From Eledone cirrhosa (lineage: Eukaryota): a DNA stretch of 64,000 nt. The notes under the pieces are model-generated. The model ran no database searches and was not told the DNA's origin. It was given only the letters and a program-made list of their open reading frames with translations. A program made the translations under genes and the position numbers. The stretch covers positions 69,626,001-69,690,000 of the forward strand of contig OZ024747.1 in NCBI GenBank assembly GCA_964016885.1, read 5' to 3'. Below are positions 1-14,640 of this stretch, one piece after another. Every line of letters begins with the position of its first letter. Position 1 is the first letter of the stretch.

Positions 1-1003
1 AGATGATGATGGTATTTTGATTGGGCAGTTTTAATTTAAGTATTCATGCCAATAGGTTTTCCGTTAATAATTGATTCTGTTGCTTCTATTATAATCTTCA
101 GCTGTAAGCAATGTGTTTCCAATTTACAATTCACTTACTGGGATATGTAACGTTGCCTTCTTTCTGTAATTGTAAGGTCATTATATAATTATATATGCAT
201 TAGTAATTATGGCCAAAGACAAGCTGACAGAGTATTCTGCTGAGGTGCAAAATGTTCCGCCTTGGTGAATAGCCATGTCGATTTTCAATGCACGCCTGTG
301 ATCAGGTCAAAAGGGTATTGATTATAATTATTGATTAACTTTCCTTCCACACCGTTTGAAGTAGTCAATTGAGAGACTATTTTCTAATGTAATAAAGTGT
401 TAGTATTTTGCAGTTTATATTGAACCCTTTTTCAAAGATTAAACATTTCCTCAAATTAGTTAAATTATTTAGAATAATGAGGAGAAAAATCCAAAATAGA
501 AAAATGTCAGCTAAAAACTATTGTACAGAAATTTCTGAGAATTTTTCTTGTCCTATCAATCAATTTCCATGTCAATTGATAGGACATCTGATGTCAAGAT
601 GGAAAAACTTCTATAGAGAATTTGTCCCACTATATATACATTTCATCTTTGTAACTCAGACAATAACAAATTATCAAGTTAGCAAATATTTTCACAGTAA
701 AATTCAAACATATTTATGTATTAACTCTTTTTAAGTAGACATCTATAATCATCAGACTACTGAACATTACTAGAACTAGCAGATAACATTACCAACGCAC
801 AGTAAACTACATTTTATTTTATGTAAATTATATTAAATATGAGTCACTTATATATGTTTTATTTCCACCACCTACTATATCAATTCCTTTGGTGGCCAAC
901 AAAATGTAGTCATATGTTTACCCTGTGTATTGTTGATTATATACATATACATATATACAAACAAATGTATGCACACGCACACACACATATGTGTGTATGT
1001 GTG

Positions 1004-1036
<33 letters not shown>

Positions 1037-1069
1037 CATCATGTCCATTCTTCCACGCTATATATATAT

Positions 1070-1834
1070 ATCATCATCATCATCATCATCAACGTTTAAC
1101 GTCCGTGTTCCACGCTTGCATGGGTTTGGACGGGGGTAGTCCCACTTGAGGCAAGAGTGATTGTCTTGCTCGCATAGGACTGTCTGGCAGGTTTTCTACA
1201 GTTGGATGCCCTTCCTAACACCAACCACATTTACAGTGTGGGTCTGGGAGGTTTTTACCGTGTTGCCTACACGGCCACATTACAGCGTGGACTGTGTGTT
1301 TTTTTGTCGTGACACCTACACGATCTCATTTGTTTCGGCCTCGATGGCGCGGCACCAACATAACTTTACATAGAACGGGGTGGTGTGGATCGGGTGGGGG
1401 TGGGGGTGGTGGGACGGGGTGTATTTTGTTAGAGATGCCTACTGGCTGGAGTAGGTTTTACTATATATTTAGGTAAGGCGGGTCTTCTCTGTTACTGAGT
1501 ACCGCCAAAGGTCTCGGTCCAGTGACATTGTCTTGGAGAGGTGTAAGTGTGTGATGTCGGAGTTTATCAGCTCGTCCCAGGTTTTTCTAGGTCTGCCTAT
1601 TCCGTGACTACCGTCTATCTTTATTGCCCTGCACTTTGTTATACAGCTATCGACTTTCATGCGCATCACGTGTCCATACCAACGTAGCCTTCTCTCGAGT
1701 AAACAACATCTGATCCCTCTTATCTCTAATTTTTTCCTTAGTTCGTTTATGCTTTGCCGTTCACGTATATTACTGTTACACATCCAGCGGAGCATGCAAG
1801 CTTCGTTCCTCTCTAGTCTGCGTATATCCTCTGC

Positions 1835-1839
<5 letters not shown>
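1070..1839 (-). mobile_element. RTE LINE subfamily B, 5'-truncated 3' fragment
   Basis: Minus ORF 1469-1795 ([10 protein letters not shown]...GRPRKTW) is identical to the C-terminus of ORF 27327-28460; 3'UTR and (GAT)n tail present; both ends abut (TA)n. Confidence 0.93.
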
Positions 1840-1883
<44 letters not shown>

Positions 1884-2249
1884 GATTTGATCAGAACTTT
1901 GATTCTTATAACTTATATATAACTGCTCTGTAAAACATCTAATGTTAGTACATTGAGCTATTTAACTTACTGGTAATAAGGTAGTAATATATGACTGCCT
2001 ATCACTATTTAGGGTTTGTAAAAATATATATAACTACAAAAGGTTTTTGTATTTGCATAACCATAAATAGTATCCTTAATACTATATATATATACATATA
2101 TACACACACACACACGCATAAACTCATCCAAGTGCCTGATAACTAGGTCTCAAATTTGATCACACAATTTAGATAGATGGTCATAATTGAAACTTAAAAC
2201 CTTAGGTAGTGCTTGTTTTCTGTGTATGAACATACTTACATTTCTGCAG

Positions 2250-3310
2250 AAGACCTGCCTTCCCATGTGCATGAGATGAAGAAAACATCTACAGGTCAGT
2301 AGTATACATTACTTCTCCCCCTTCCATACACCTCCCATATCTTCACATTCCACCATTCACCAGATAAGTACCGTACTTTAAACCTACTTCTCCAATCTCC
2401 ATTCTACATAAATGCACTACACCTCCTCCCCACTTTCCATCTGATACACTTCTCTTGTCTAAACCATGCATACAAACATGGAAAGCAGGACATGCTCTCC
2501 AACAATACTGTTGAAATGGTTAAAAGCTCCCAGTCCACCCTGTAAAGGGTGGGGTGGGGCATGCTGGTGAGACAACAAAAGGTGGTTGTGTTGGAAGCAA
2601 TAACATTGGTGTCTTATTTTTCTAAGGCAATTCAAGAACTCAATAGAGTTACCTCCCTTAGCATACATTCAAATTCTCAAATGCTGAGGCAACCTACATT
2701 CGTTTCTTGAAATCCCACTTTCACTGACATCTAGATTTTGGTTAAGGTGTTTTCCCTGTCCTATTCCAGGTGTCCATGCAGACTATATAAACAACATCTA
2801 CAAAAATGGCTAATTTGTGTTCCAGAGTGTTCTTCCCTATGGAGTAAGTGTTCAGCATCTGGTATCAAGGGCTCGTACAAATGCATTGTCTAAATCAACA
2901 GTGTGGATGTCCTTGGCACTATAGGTTGACTCCTAATCTTGGTTTCACAGATGTACAGGAATTCCCTTTGTTCTTTACTTGCATTCAGTTATAGATTGCT
3001 GGTCATAATCCTCCCTCTTTCAGTGAATCCCAGGAGTATATTTAAAGGTAATGTGAGGAACTAGCCATTGGGGTCTGTGGAATTATTCTTTCTTTCTGTC
3101 ACCTGGTATTTTTCTAAAGTCCTCCGGCCTGTTCTCAGAAGTCAATGGTTTAACCATGTGTCAAGAGAGCTAGACAGCATAAGGTCTTCAGAGAAAAAGA
3201 TGCCGCCCCACATGCAAGTATTTCGGCTCTTAACTTTTTACACTTTAAGGGAGCCAGGCCACATGCAGGTCATGTCACCTGGGTGCCCTTCTGCTGACAT
3301 TTTTTAGCTA
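2250..3310 (-). pseudogene. Highly decayed non-LTR retrotransposon RT relic (possibly Tx1/L1-like)
   Basis: Minus strand gives TVDLDNAFVRA near 2870-2903 (cf. DxxKAFDRV) and HPLQGGLG near 2530-2555; many stops; boundaries approximate. Confidence 0.35.
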
Positions 3311-3744
3311 CTTGGATATCAGATGATATACTAAAAACTGTTTGCTTCAACGACATTATTGGTAAAATCAAGTTTACTCTATTATCAGAACTTTTACAGA
3401 CATGTACAAATTCAAAACTCATGATTAGATATGACATGAAGCATGTAAAAGTTCTGATAATGGGGAATATATGCTTTTACCAATAATTTCTAAGAAACTT
3501 GGAGTTCTCTTTTTTTTTTGTGTATTACTAATGCCATTCTAATATAAAACACCATCATATGACATGATTCTTGGTCTTGGAAACTGTGTAAGAAAGTTTA
3601 TGCTTTCATGTATAATATGTTATGAGAAGAACCATGCAGCACTAGACAATATGGCACTGAATAGAGATAGAGAAACCATTATTAAAGACATATAAATATA
3701 TATATATTTGAATATATGATTATGTAAAAGAACCTCTTAGGCCA

Positions 3745-3955
3745 TAAATGACCGTGTGATTTTCACTCCAAGGCACAAGTCTGGGCAAGGTGTGTTTGTG
3801 GAGGATCAGTGATGTCGTGACTTATTTCTACAGCTGAATAACTGGAGAAATGCCAAATAAAGTGTCTTGCTCAAGAAAACAATGCATCACCCGGTCTGGG
3901 AATCAAATTCATAACCTTATGATTGCAAGCCCAATGCTCTAAACACTCAACCAAG
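3745..3955 (-). mobile_element. Older tRNA/CORE-type SINE copy
   Basis: Diverged match to the head and CORE part of SINE 23698-24041 (aataaagtgtcttgctcaag...gattgcaagcccaatgctcta) with a different 3' part. Confidence 0.75.
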
Positions 3956-3993
3956 TTCCTTTGCTATATATATGATGATGTGTGTATGTGTGC

Positions 3994-4036
<43 letters not shown>

Positions 4037-4524
4037 AGTACAAATATGATATTTATTTATATATACATAAACATGGGTGTCTTTGAGTCTATTCCATACA
4101 TATTTGTATACATAAATACACACACAAAGTCATAATCTATAATAAACAAAATATTTATATTATTCACATGACAGTTGACTAATAAGCTATATATATATAT
4201 ATATATATAGTGTGTGTATATCATACTATAGTATTCACATTTTAATTGATTCAGCATTCAATATTTTGGTAGAATATAAATTTCATTTAAAATACAAAGT
4301 GACTTCAAAGTTACAACTCCATCTTTTATCTGGCTGTCTTTATGTATGTAGCACACACACACATATACATATATATGTGTGTGTGTGTGCATGTATATAT
4401 ACTAATAACAATTACAAAGAGAAAACCCAAAGAGGGCTCGATAAGGATTATATATATATAAATTTCAGAAGATCCTGTAATGGGGTGAAAGCAGAAATTC
4501 TTTGCTTAAACTTTAATCTGTACT

Positions 4525-4577
<53 letters not shown>

Positions 4578-4581
<4 letters not shown>

Positions 4582-4770
4582 AAAAAGTATGACCCCCGAC
4601 GGCAGAGCTCAAGCCATTCCGACGGCTATTTCTAGTCCAGAAATAGCCGTCGGAATGGCTTGAGCTCTGCCGTCGGGATCATACTTTTTCCTATTACCCA
4701 CTCTACTACCCTAAGTATTGAGTACTCTGGTGCGTTATGGTCCATCTGGTTCCTTACCACAACTCCTTCG

Positions 4771-4771
<1 letters not shown>
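4578..4771. mobile_element. Short fold-back element between (AT)n tracts
   Basis: Near-perfect palindrome 4578-4693 (arms about 55 bp, loop AGTCC) plus about 80 bp unpaired extension; (AT)n on both sides. Confidence 0.7.
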
Positions 4772-4852
<81 letters not shown>

Positions 4853-7474
4853 ATGTTGAATGAAATGCCAATCCTTGCAGTATTTGTACAAATTTATTGT
4901 ATATTTTTACCTAAAATATATATTCAATTTCTCACTTTCTCATCTTTCCCTTTCCTCAAATCCCTTCTATCTTTAATATTGCATTTGCTGTTTGAATGTG
5001 AGCAAAGCCACATTTATGTATTTTTCATATGCATATGTATTTAACTGATTTTATATATTTATATATTTTCATTTCTATTCCCTCTGTTATCCAATGTGGC
5101 AAAAGTACACTCCCGAAATTCCCCATACTATGATAGGTGACACTGTAATATAAATACAATACAGGAACAGAAATTATTCCTCCTCTTCCTTAGACCACAT
5201 AAAAAAGAAAAATATATGATACTTCTTTTACTGCACATTCTGGTAAATTGAAAATATCTTTGATCCTATAATCAGTAACTCCATGTAGTAATATGTTAAT
5301 ACCTAACTTACTAACTTTGTTGTCTAAACTGTGCATATATGTCTCGATGAATAATAAAGAAAAAAAATAATGATTTCTTTTACATTTTAAGGTATTTCTG
5401 TCTGTATATGTGTATTCATATACACATAATATATTTGTACAAATATGTTAATGACTTTATGCACGTGTTTACACACATATATATATATATATATTTATCC
5501 ACACACATATGCACATACATCTCTCTCTTTCCATATAAACATATATATAAATACACACACATACATATATATACACACACTCATACATATACACACACAC
5601 TCATACATATACTTATATACACACACACACATATATATATATATACATACACACACACACACATATATATATATTATAGATATATATATACGCCCCACAG
5701 AGTGTATATATATGTATTTATATAGAGTCTCATAATACACCTTCCATTGATGTGACAGGATATTTTATGTATTTATATTTCGCATTGTAATACTTCCTTT
5801 ATAGTTTCTAGTGATATATATCCTGATGATATCTCTCACACTCTTGTTAGAATATAGAAAATGTCTTGAAAATATGAACTTTCAATGAGCCATAAATTAC
5901 TGGTTTCTGTACATTAAAGAAATAGAAAAAGTATAAAATAAAAATGTGTAATAATGGAATCTTTTGTGAAAGCAGACAAACAGCTAAGTTAACAATTGAA
6001 TGACATCTTATTTTTATGCAAGAATTTATGTTCAGCTGCATTAACTTTCACTTTAAAAATAAGGAATGAGAAGCACTAAAATATGGAAATGGAAGAAATA
6101 TTAAAATTGCTTTATTCTTTTTACATTACTTATCAGTGATTATGTAAACGGATGCTTTCATTCTTTGATGCAGCAAGCATTTGAGCAGGTGCCTACTGCT
6201 TCTTGATGGCATTTCGTTTCTCTATTAGATTATTGTTTCTTATGAGCATTTCTAATTAGAAACACTTTGGTGCTTTTATCTTTCAGAAACTCCCCACAGA
6301 GAGAGTAATGTCATAAAATTGAAATGTCTATAACAAACTGTAAAGGAAGACCCCTGGGTCTGCCGTATCAAAATTGAGAATTGAAGACATATTCAGTAAA
6401 GCTGTTTTTGGTCAGTTAAACATTTTATAGAGCATCCATTTGCTGACAAGATATCAACATGAGTCACAAGAGAATTTCATACTATAACCAATCAACAGTG
6501 AAATTCCCTTGAATCATGAAGAAATGCTTGTACTTATAGATATCTTTAATCTTATCCACTTAAAAATACTGGATTTTGCCATTTGAAAGACATGTTACAA
6601 TAATAAAGCTGCTATGAGAATATGATTTTATACATATTCTTGTTTGAAATTACATTGCCAGATCTTAAATTTGGGGGGTCAGAACCTACAGGAGATGAAG
6701 AAACTTCAATTATTTTGCTTTTCAGCAGAACCATGGCAATTGTTTGGACACAAACTGAAAGTCATTTGATCAAACAGAAAGGGAGAATAAAAGCTAGAAA
6801 ATTGTCTGTGTTTCATGCCTCTTTTAATAATTTACTCCTTTGCAGCAGTTGACTCAAAAGGTTAAAAATAGAGCAGAGTAGCAAAAATCTATCATAGTCT
6901 GGAAGGCAACATTATACAATGGAAGAAGATTCTTCAATCAAAATTGCTTTAATATAACGATGTGAATAATTTATGTCTATTACGGCTTTGTTGCTTATCA
7001 CAAGCAGTCACGTTAGCATTCTTCACTAACATTATTCGCAGTACAGAAACATCAGAACTAGATATAGTGACACGAGTCAAAACAGCAAATATGTCAATCT
7101 TGGGATTTCAGTTTAAATTTCACATTAAATTTATAATTTATAACCAGTTTAAGATATCACATTGTTTCTCAGAGAAATATCAAGTTAAAAGGAAACACAT
7201 TGCATGAGAAAACAATCTGGTGCATTTCTGCCCATATAGCCATAAGTTTATGTAGATCCTCCATGTTTTCCTATGAGTTAAGTGATTTAACCCTACATGC
7301 TTTGGGCTATCGATGTAATACACTATTTCCAATCCTGTTATATAATTGATGAGTTTACAGTAAGTAGGTTTTATCAATATAAAAATGATTTATCCAACAC
7401 AATCTGAATGTGAAATAACGAAGAAAAAAATACATCCCATTGTTGCTAATAGTGTGCAGAATAACGTCAGCCAA

Positions 7475-7520
<46 letters not shown>

Positions 7521-7671
7521 CGTGTGTGTGTGTGAGTGTGTACGTCTGTGAGTGTGTACGTGTGTGTGTGTAACGTGTGTGTGTGTACGTGTGTGTGTGT
7601 ACGTGTGTGTGTGTACGTGTACGTGTGTGTGTGTGTACGTGTGTGTGTGTATGTGTGCATGTATGTGTATG

Positions 7672-7797
7672 TAAAAAGTAAACAGAAATAACAAAAATAA
7701 CAAAACAAATGGCCCAGTACATGGAAAAAATATATTAGTTTAACGCTTAAAATAGCATGAAAAGAGTCTTAACGTTTTGGAGACTAGTCCTTCATCA
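7672..7797 (-). mobile_element. Penelope-like pLTR fragment with truncated hammerhead motif
   Basis: Reverse complement TGATGAAGGACTAGTCTCCAAAACGTTAAGA... aligns with 15550-15672; sits between (GT)n and (AT)n. Confidence 0.6.
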
Positions 7798-8622
7798 TAT
7801 ATATATTCATACATATATATATAAATACATACATATACCTACCCTTCTGAAGAAGATAGCTCAATACTTAAGGTATGAAGTAGTGACAACCAAACTTTTA
7901 TGAGTTGACAACGGACCATGATGATTGGGAACATACAATACTGGAGAAGTCTCACTGCACTGACCAACTTTAAATAACCATTTTTTCTACTGTATCCCCG
8001 CCCATGATTTACATCCTAACTCACCACGCAACGCCTTAGTAGCTGTTTTACCTCATCAGAGTATCTTTTTCTATCAAATATCACCACTACTCTATTATAA
8101 TTCCTAATACACCAGTCATAATTCCTTAGTAATTGTTAACATTTCTTACTGCCCTTACTATATGATATCACCACTCTTCCTCTCGCCACCCTATTAAATT
8201 CCCCCACCCCTTGTCATATGCCAATGACATACATTCACACCCAACTTCTTCCCACATTATTCCCCATTTGAAACCCCACAATACCTGCCATGCATCTGTT
8301 TCTATACTTCTCATCCTCACCCTATCTATTGTCATTTACCTATTGTTACTTACATATCATCCTCCTGCTCCATACTATTCCACCCTACCCCATCATTTAC
8401 CCCACTATAATGTAGAAGAAACCCTTCTTGTGTTGGTGTGGAGACAACAGAATGCACCTGGTACACTCTATAAAGTGGTTGGTGGCAGCAAGGGTATCCC
8501 AGCATAGGAAACTTGCCATACAAAGGGTCAAGCAGACTCTAGTTTTATCAATCTCCCTATTGTTGGTTCCATGATAAAATGCTCTCATCCATCTTGCTAT
8601 CAGGTAAAACAGGTGCTCGATT

Positions 8623-11220
8623 CACTGTGTAACATATTTTTTGTTTCCTCGTTCTAAGTGTCATTTCATGGTTTGTTATATCCCATTATTATTAAAAAAC
8701 ACTATTATTTAATCAGAAGTTTGGGTTTGTGGTCAGGAGTTTGATATTTCAAAATTTTCATATTTTTCAAGAAAAACCACATTTTAAAAAAATTTATCAG
8801 TTCATATAATTAAATCAACAGAGTATATATTTATTTTATTACACAAGCTTATCAAAAGCAAACAAGTAAAAACAAATAACACTTATAAAGCAACTTATAC
8901 ACATCAGAAATTTCCTGGATTTGCGGTTGTAGTCCAGGTCGCATTCCTGCACTAGGCCCCAGATATAGTCCCCCATCATTTTTTCATTGTAGTGGCCCTG
9001 GTACCTCCACTCTATCTCTTTCACATCTTGGTGGAATCGTTCGCCTTGTTCTTCTGAGTACGTGCCCATATTGTCCTTGAATTTTTCCAGGTGAGCGTCC
9101 AGCATATGGAGTTTAAGCGACATCCTGCATCCCATGGCGACAAAAGCCTTTATCAGATCCTGCACCAGTTGCTGGTAGTTTTCAGCTCTGTAGTTGCCCA
9201 GGAAGCCCTTAACAACTGCCTTGAAACAGTTCCATGCTGTTCTCTCAATCCTATTGAGCTTATTGGAGAACTCAGTAGACTCAAACAAAAATTCCACCAT
9301 TGATTTTGGCCTCAGATAACTTGGGGAAGAACTCAAGAAGGTACTTAAAAGCAGCTGATTCTTGGTTGAGAGCCTTCACAAACTGCTTCATCAACCCCAA
9401 CTTAATGTGCAGTGGCGGCATGAGCACAATCCTGGGATCAACCAGTGGCTCCCAACTACAAATTCTGTTCGCTGCTCCCAGTTTTTTCTTTTCTAGTGGT
9501 CAGAGGTGGCTCTGCTGTCCCAAAGGCAAAGGAAGCATTGGAATTTGATAAAGCCTCCTTAGAGTCCAAGCAGGAAAGCCACCATCTTGAAGTCTCCAAT
9601 GATTTCCCAATTGTACTGGTTGTGTTGCAGAGCTTCCAAGAGGACTTCCACACTGTAGTAATCTTCCTTCAGGCAGACTGAATGAGCCAGGGGCAGTGTT
9701 AGGAACTTGTTTCCATTGTGGAGGAGGACAGCCTTCAAAATTGTGGTGGAGCTGTCTATAAATAGGCGCCACTTCTTGGGCACAAACGGCACCCAATAAC
9801 GTCAAACAGTCCAGGCACATCATGGCAGAAGCTGAGGCCATCCCTAAGAGTGTAAAAGCCTGAGAAAGGTTTGTGTCAACTTCTCTGACTTCTCACCTGC
9901 ACTTCCTCCTTGACCAAGTTACCCTACTTCATCCTGGAGACGAATAGCTCTGCATTGGACTTGGTCAGACCCATATCCCTGACCAAGTCATTGACTTCTT
10001 TTTGGTTTGGGAAGTGAGGAACTTTTTCTGGTACCTCAGGCAGGTAATCCAAGTCCTCAGCATCCATCTCCTCCTCTTCATCAGAATACATGACTTGGAC
10101 TTCATCTGGAGCAGGTGGCATTGGCACGGGATATTTGGAGCAATGAGGAATTGGAGCAATTGATGATGGAAGATCTAGATATTCTACATCAGCAGCATTC
10201 TTTCCTTTCCGCTGCTTGCTAACATCTACCATGCAAAAAAAGCAGTTTGTGGCGTGATCTGTTGGCTCTAACCAGACCCGTGGGTTGGAAAATTTCAGGG
10301 ACCTTTTCTCTCCTTGCAGTCACCCTTCCAACGTCTTTTTACAGTGCTCACAACAGTAGTGAGGGACCCAGGGCTTGTCCTGGTCCCCAACTGGCACCTT
10401 GATGTACTTCTGGTAGGCTTCACAAACCTTAACCGAAGTTTCCAAGGAGTATTTTTTTTCCAAGGAGTATTTTTTCTCTACTTTATATACTCACCGCATA
10501 TAAAACAGAAAGAGTCAGGGTGGTGCCGGCAGCCTCTTGAAGCCATTCTAAAAATATAGAAATACATGCAGTCAGAAATTATAGATCTGAAAGTATAAAT
10601 AAAAACATATTAAATGAACATATATGTATAAAATAAGTAGGGTAATTCAGGCTAAAGTCATCAAATTTTGAAAACAAAAATTAATATTTAGCACCAAATT
10701 GCAGTGCAGTTCAATGAAAGACATTTTTAATTACAAGTCGAAACCTAAAATACAAAATAAATTTGATATGCAATACAAAATAAATATTGGAAAGGGAAAT
10801 ACATATTTAAATAATATAAAAGAACACTAATCATACTAATGAAAATTCGTGCTTAAAACACAACTTACCCTTTATTCAGGGTGCGAAAATCCAGTATCAA
10901 TAAATCTCTTTAATCCACTTTTTAATAATTTTATACTTTATTGCACTTTTATAATTTTCTTTAGGTATTACTCTTTATTTTATAATTTTAATTTAACCTG
11001 AAACATATATAAAAAAAATAATTTAACATAAGCAAATTAAACTTACATACAACGTAAAATCCAGCATACAAATAATTCTAGTGAATAGCTTGGAATTTTT
11101 ACAAACCCAAACTTTTAACTATTTAATAGCACTTTTTTTAATTTTATTTGGGACCTAAGCAACACAAGAAAAGTGATTACAAGCCAGGAACAGAGAAACA
11201 TTTTTTTTTTTTGTTACACA
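8623..11220 (-). mobile_element. Chapaev3-like (CMC superfamily) DNA transposon, decayed
   Basis: Left end CACTGTGTAACA..GTTTC mirrors right end GAAAC..TGTTACACA; subterminal AAGTTTGGGTTTGT / ACAAACCCAAACTT; internal transposase motifs. Confidence 0.8.
8900..10546 (-). pseudogene. Chapaev3-like transposase pseudogene
   Basis: MASRGCRHHPDSFCFICGEYIK start; DHATNCFFC; WRLFIDSS..LKAVLLHNGN; GDFKMVAFLLGL; PPLHIKLGLMKQFVKAL; MSLKLHML; SEEQGERFHQD; broken by stops and frameshifts. Confidence 0.82.
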
Positions 11221-11231
11221 CACACACACAG

Positions 11232-11270
<39 letters not shown>

Positions 11271-14227
11271 CACACACATCAATGAATATCCAGAATTTCT
11301 AGAGGGATCCAATTAAATATTTTCCAACATTATAAAGAACTAAAAGAATGTAAGAGTTAATCTTTATATCACTAGACACCATTCTTAATATTCATATAAT
11401 GCCAAGGATGTTTTGCCAAAAAGAATTACATGATGAAGAAAAAGAGAATATTCAGAGCTGGAGAAGCTAACCACATCATCTCTTAAGCATGAGTCATGGT
11501 CAAAATTAGTTGCAAGTGGTAATATGTACTTAAGACAGACATACTAAAATCATCCCTTAAAGAGAAATTCTTTTACAGGACTATGTTTATATATTTCCAT
11601 CTTTTTATATTGACATTTCTCTCTAAAGAGAATAGGCTGCTCATGTTTCCGAATAACAAACACTAGTTTCAAGAATAGTGTCTACACAAAACATGAGGCA
11701 AATTACTAAAGCAAAAACATAAATCATATTTATTGGCTGCACCTTGTCTCTATTAGTTCAGAACGGAAACTATGATAGTTATTCTTGGTAAGAGGAGATA
11801 GCAGAATGACCAAATTTCAGACAGAAAAGACAATGATAACTTCAGAGACTTTATTCCTTTACAATCGACAACAACAACAACGACATTCTAAACAATAGCA
11901 ACAACAACAATGATATTTCCTGTATACATAATGACAGTAAACTACACAAATCAAAAGTGAAAATATACCAAACTGATTGGCAATGAGGATAATATGTTGC
12001 TCACAGGCATTTCTAGTTCATAAATTTTGAAATTTGACTATCAGCTGTTGGATCAGGAATCAAGCATTCTCTGATTAAGGAAGAAAGAATTCATGACTTA
12101 CACAATATTGTCATGTGCAAGATGAAAGTTATAGTCATTTAGGTCAATAATCTATTTTAAATTAAACTGCTACATCAAGCAGATAGTATATAAAGCTGAC
12201 ATGACTAATTGACAATTGAAGTGTTAGTTTTTAACACACTGTTTGTGAGAACAAACTGCTTCAGTGAAGTTCATCGTGGAAAGTTGCTTTGCTAAATTAG
12301 CATGATCAATATTAATTATAAATGCCAGTATAGTCATATGGCTCGACTTAATGCCATACAGTATTTATTTTCACCCCTCTTTGTTGTGAGAACAACTTGT
12401 ACGTGGTTTTAACTGGTTTGACTTAGCCTTTCATTCTCCACAGGTGTGATAAAATAAGTGACAGTAAAATACAGGAGTGGATGATGTCTATAGATCTTTC
12501 CCTCAAGAATATACAATATTGCTTTCATTAATGTCTTAGAAGATAAAGGGTAGCACCTATGCTCCTTTTCAAGGCCTCTGTGAATGTTTGGAAGTTATCC
12601 TTAGAAAAGATATCTGGCTGAATGACCAAGTACTGGTGGTAGTGATAGATTGATTACATCTACCATCAAAGAAGAAAAAATTTCCATCCAACAGACTTTC
12701 ACACAGTTTTGGGTGAACAAAATTCCAATGAAAAAGCATTTTTGTTGATCCAATGCATCATAGAATATACATGCCCAGCAGTGGTTTTATAGTTGCAACA
12801 CTGTGCTAAGTCAGCAGCTGTCAAAAACGTCTGCTATAATTGTCTGCTGTAAATGATTATTCACTACGAAAATAAGACACAGTTTTAAAATTTCTCTAGG
12901 GTTTTTGAAATAAAAGTACATTGTACACAATTTTATTTTGATCATATGGGAATACAACCAGAATTTAGATTTAAGATAAAATAAGTATTGATTTATTAGA
13001 ACAGCCTACTCAAACGTTTATATTAAAGAAGCTGTAACTTTACAGTTTTATAAAATACCAAAAGAATGAGTTATTTAAATTTCTGGAAAAAATATATTGA
13101 ATAAAGTATATATTCTTGAAGCTAGTGATTCTATCTTCTTCCTAGTTTAATTGTCTTGTGGAGGTTAATTAATCATACTACGGTACTGCAACCTCTCTAT
13201 TAATTCAAGATAATGAGAGCTGATACATATACTTCTTTGAACTACTAGACATTGTAGATAAATTGCTCTCAAACCACATTCAGCCATATTATAAACATAA
13301 GACATTGGATAGTGTGTTCTTGGGGATACTATTCCTGAAGAAATCAAGGCTGGGTGACAATTTATTTGATAAGGGCTAATCTAGGGTTAAGATATAACTA
13401 AAAGACAAATGCTGCCTCTTTTATATGTGTATGTCGATTTTTATTTCTATGTTAAGTCAAGGCTAAATAATGGTTACTTTCCACCTTGTCACATCTTTTC
13501 TCATGTACAATCAGAATTTGTTATCGTAATATATCATTTCAATTTTATTACTGGTGTTTTCCAAGATTGATCTAATAGTAGATTTGCTGACTGAGTGGTG
13601 AGACAAAATAACTTATGGTATTTAGTTGTATGCTTTTAATTTCTGTGATCAAATTGCAGCAATGTCTACTGATTATCATCCTTCTTGGGCTAATATGATA
13701 CATACTAGTCATACACTGGATTGACATAATCAATTATACTCATTCTACAAACTTGTGGCCTTATACCTAAATCGAAAATCTGTATTTGAAGCTTCTTATC
13801 ATTCATGTATATAACCCGATTACTATATCTTTAAACCAGCATATGAGTATCTACATGATTGATGATATGCTAGAAAAAACAGCCTAATCTAACTCTGAAT
13901 TTGGAAGACGAGAACATACCAAATAAGGTGTATGAAAACAGATGCAATCATAGCTGGAATGCTTTTGATCATAAGTCTATACTTGATTATGACAGATCTA
14001 GAATGAAAGAACAGCACAATTTCCTCTTACTATATTTATAACCAACCCAAATTGTTAGTAACTGTCTAATTCACATTGTAGTAGCATTCAAACAAACTAT
14101 TTTCTACACTTTACATAATACTTCAAACAAACTAGAATATCTTGTAATCATTTAAAATATATTTGTACATCTTTTTCTATTTATATTTATCAATCTATTG
14201 TCACTCATATATAAACATATACGCACT

Positions 14228-14640
14228 TATCAACATCATCATCCTTTTTATGACCATTTTCCCATCCTTGTATGGGTTGGACATGTCTTTTCCAACATAG
14301 ATGGCCTCCACACAGCTTTTCCTTGTCATCTCTTGTGAGATTCAGTGCTGTGAGATGCACTCTTATCACCACTACCCAGGTTTTCTTTGGCATTCCTCTA
14401 CTGCAGTTTCCTTACACAGAGTTCTCCTAGCTCTTCTTCACCCAATAATCATCCTCTATATGCATCACATGGCCATACCAGCACATTCCTCTATCTTGGA
14501 AACTACTTACGAACCCTCTTATACTCAGTCACTCTTTCAGTTCATCCATGCTTCACCATTCATTGCATATTAACATTACACTTCCATTGAAGCTTCTTTG
14601 CTTCGTTTCTCTCCTGCCTTTGCATATCCTCTACATTTAT
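14228..14640 (-). mobile_element. Old degenerate RTE 3' fragment
   Basis: Minus strand resembles the WYGHV and GxPKKTW region and the 3' terminal hairpin with a short (GAT)n. Confidence 0.65.

Noticed and set aside
5815-5875. CTGATGA...GAAAATGTC hammerhead-like motif (also a partial one near 8040-8062 on the minus strand)
   Set aside because: Stems pair poorly or stem II is missing; cannot be separated from chance
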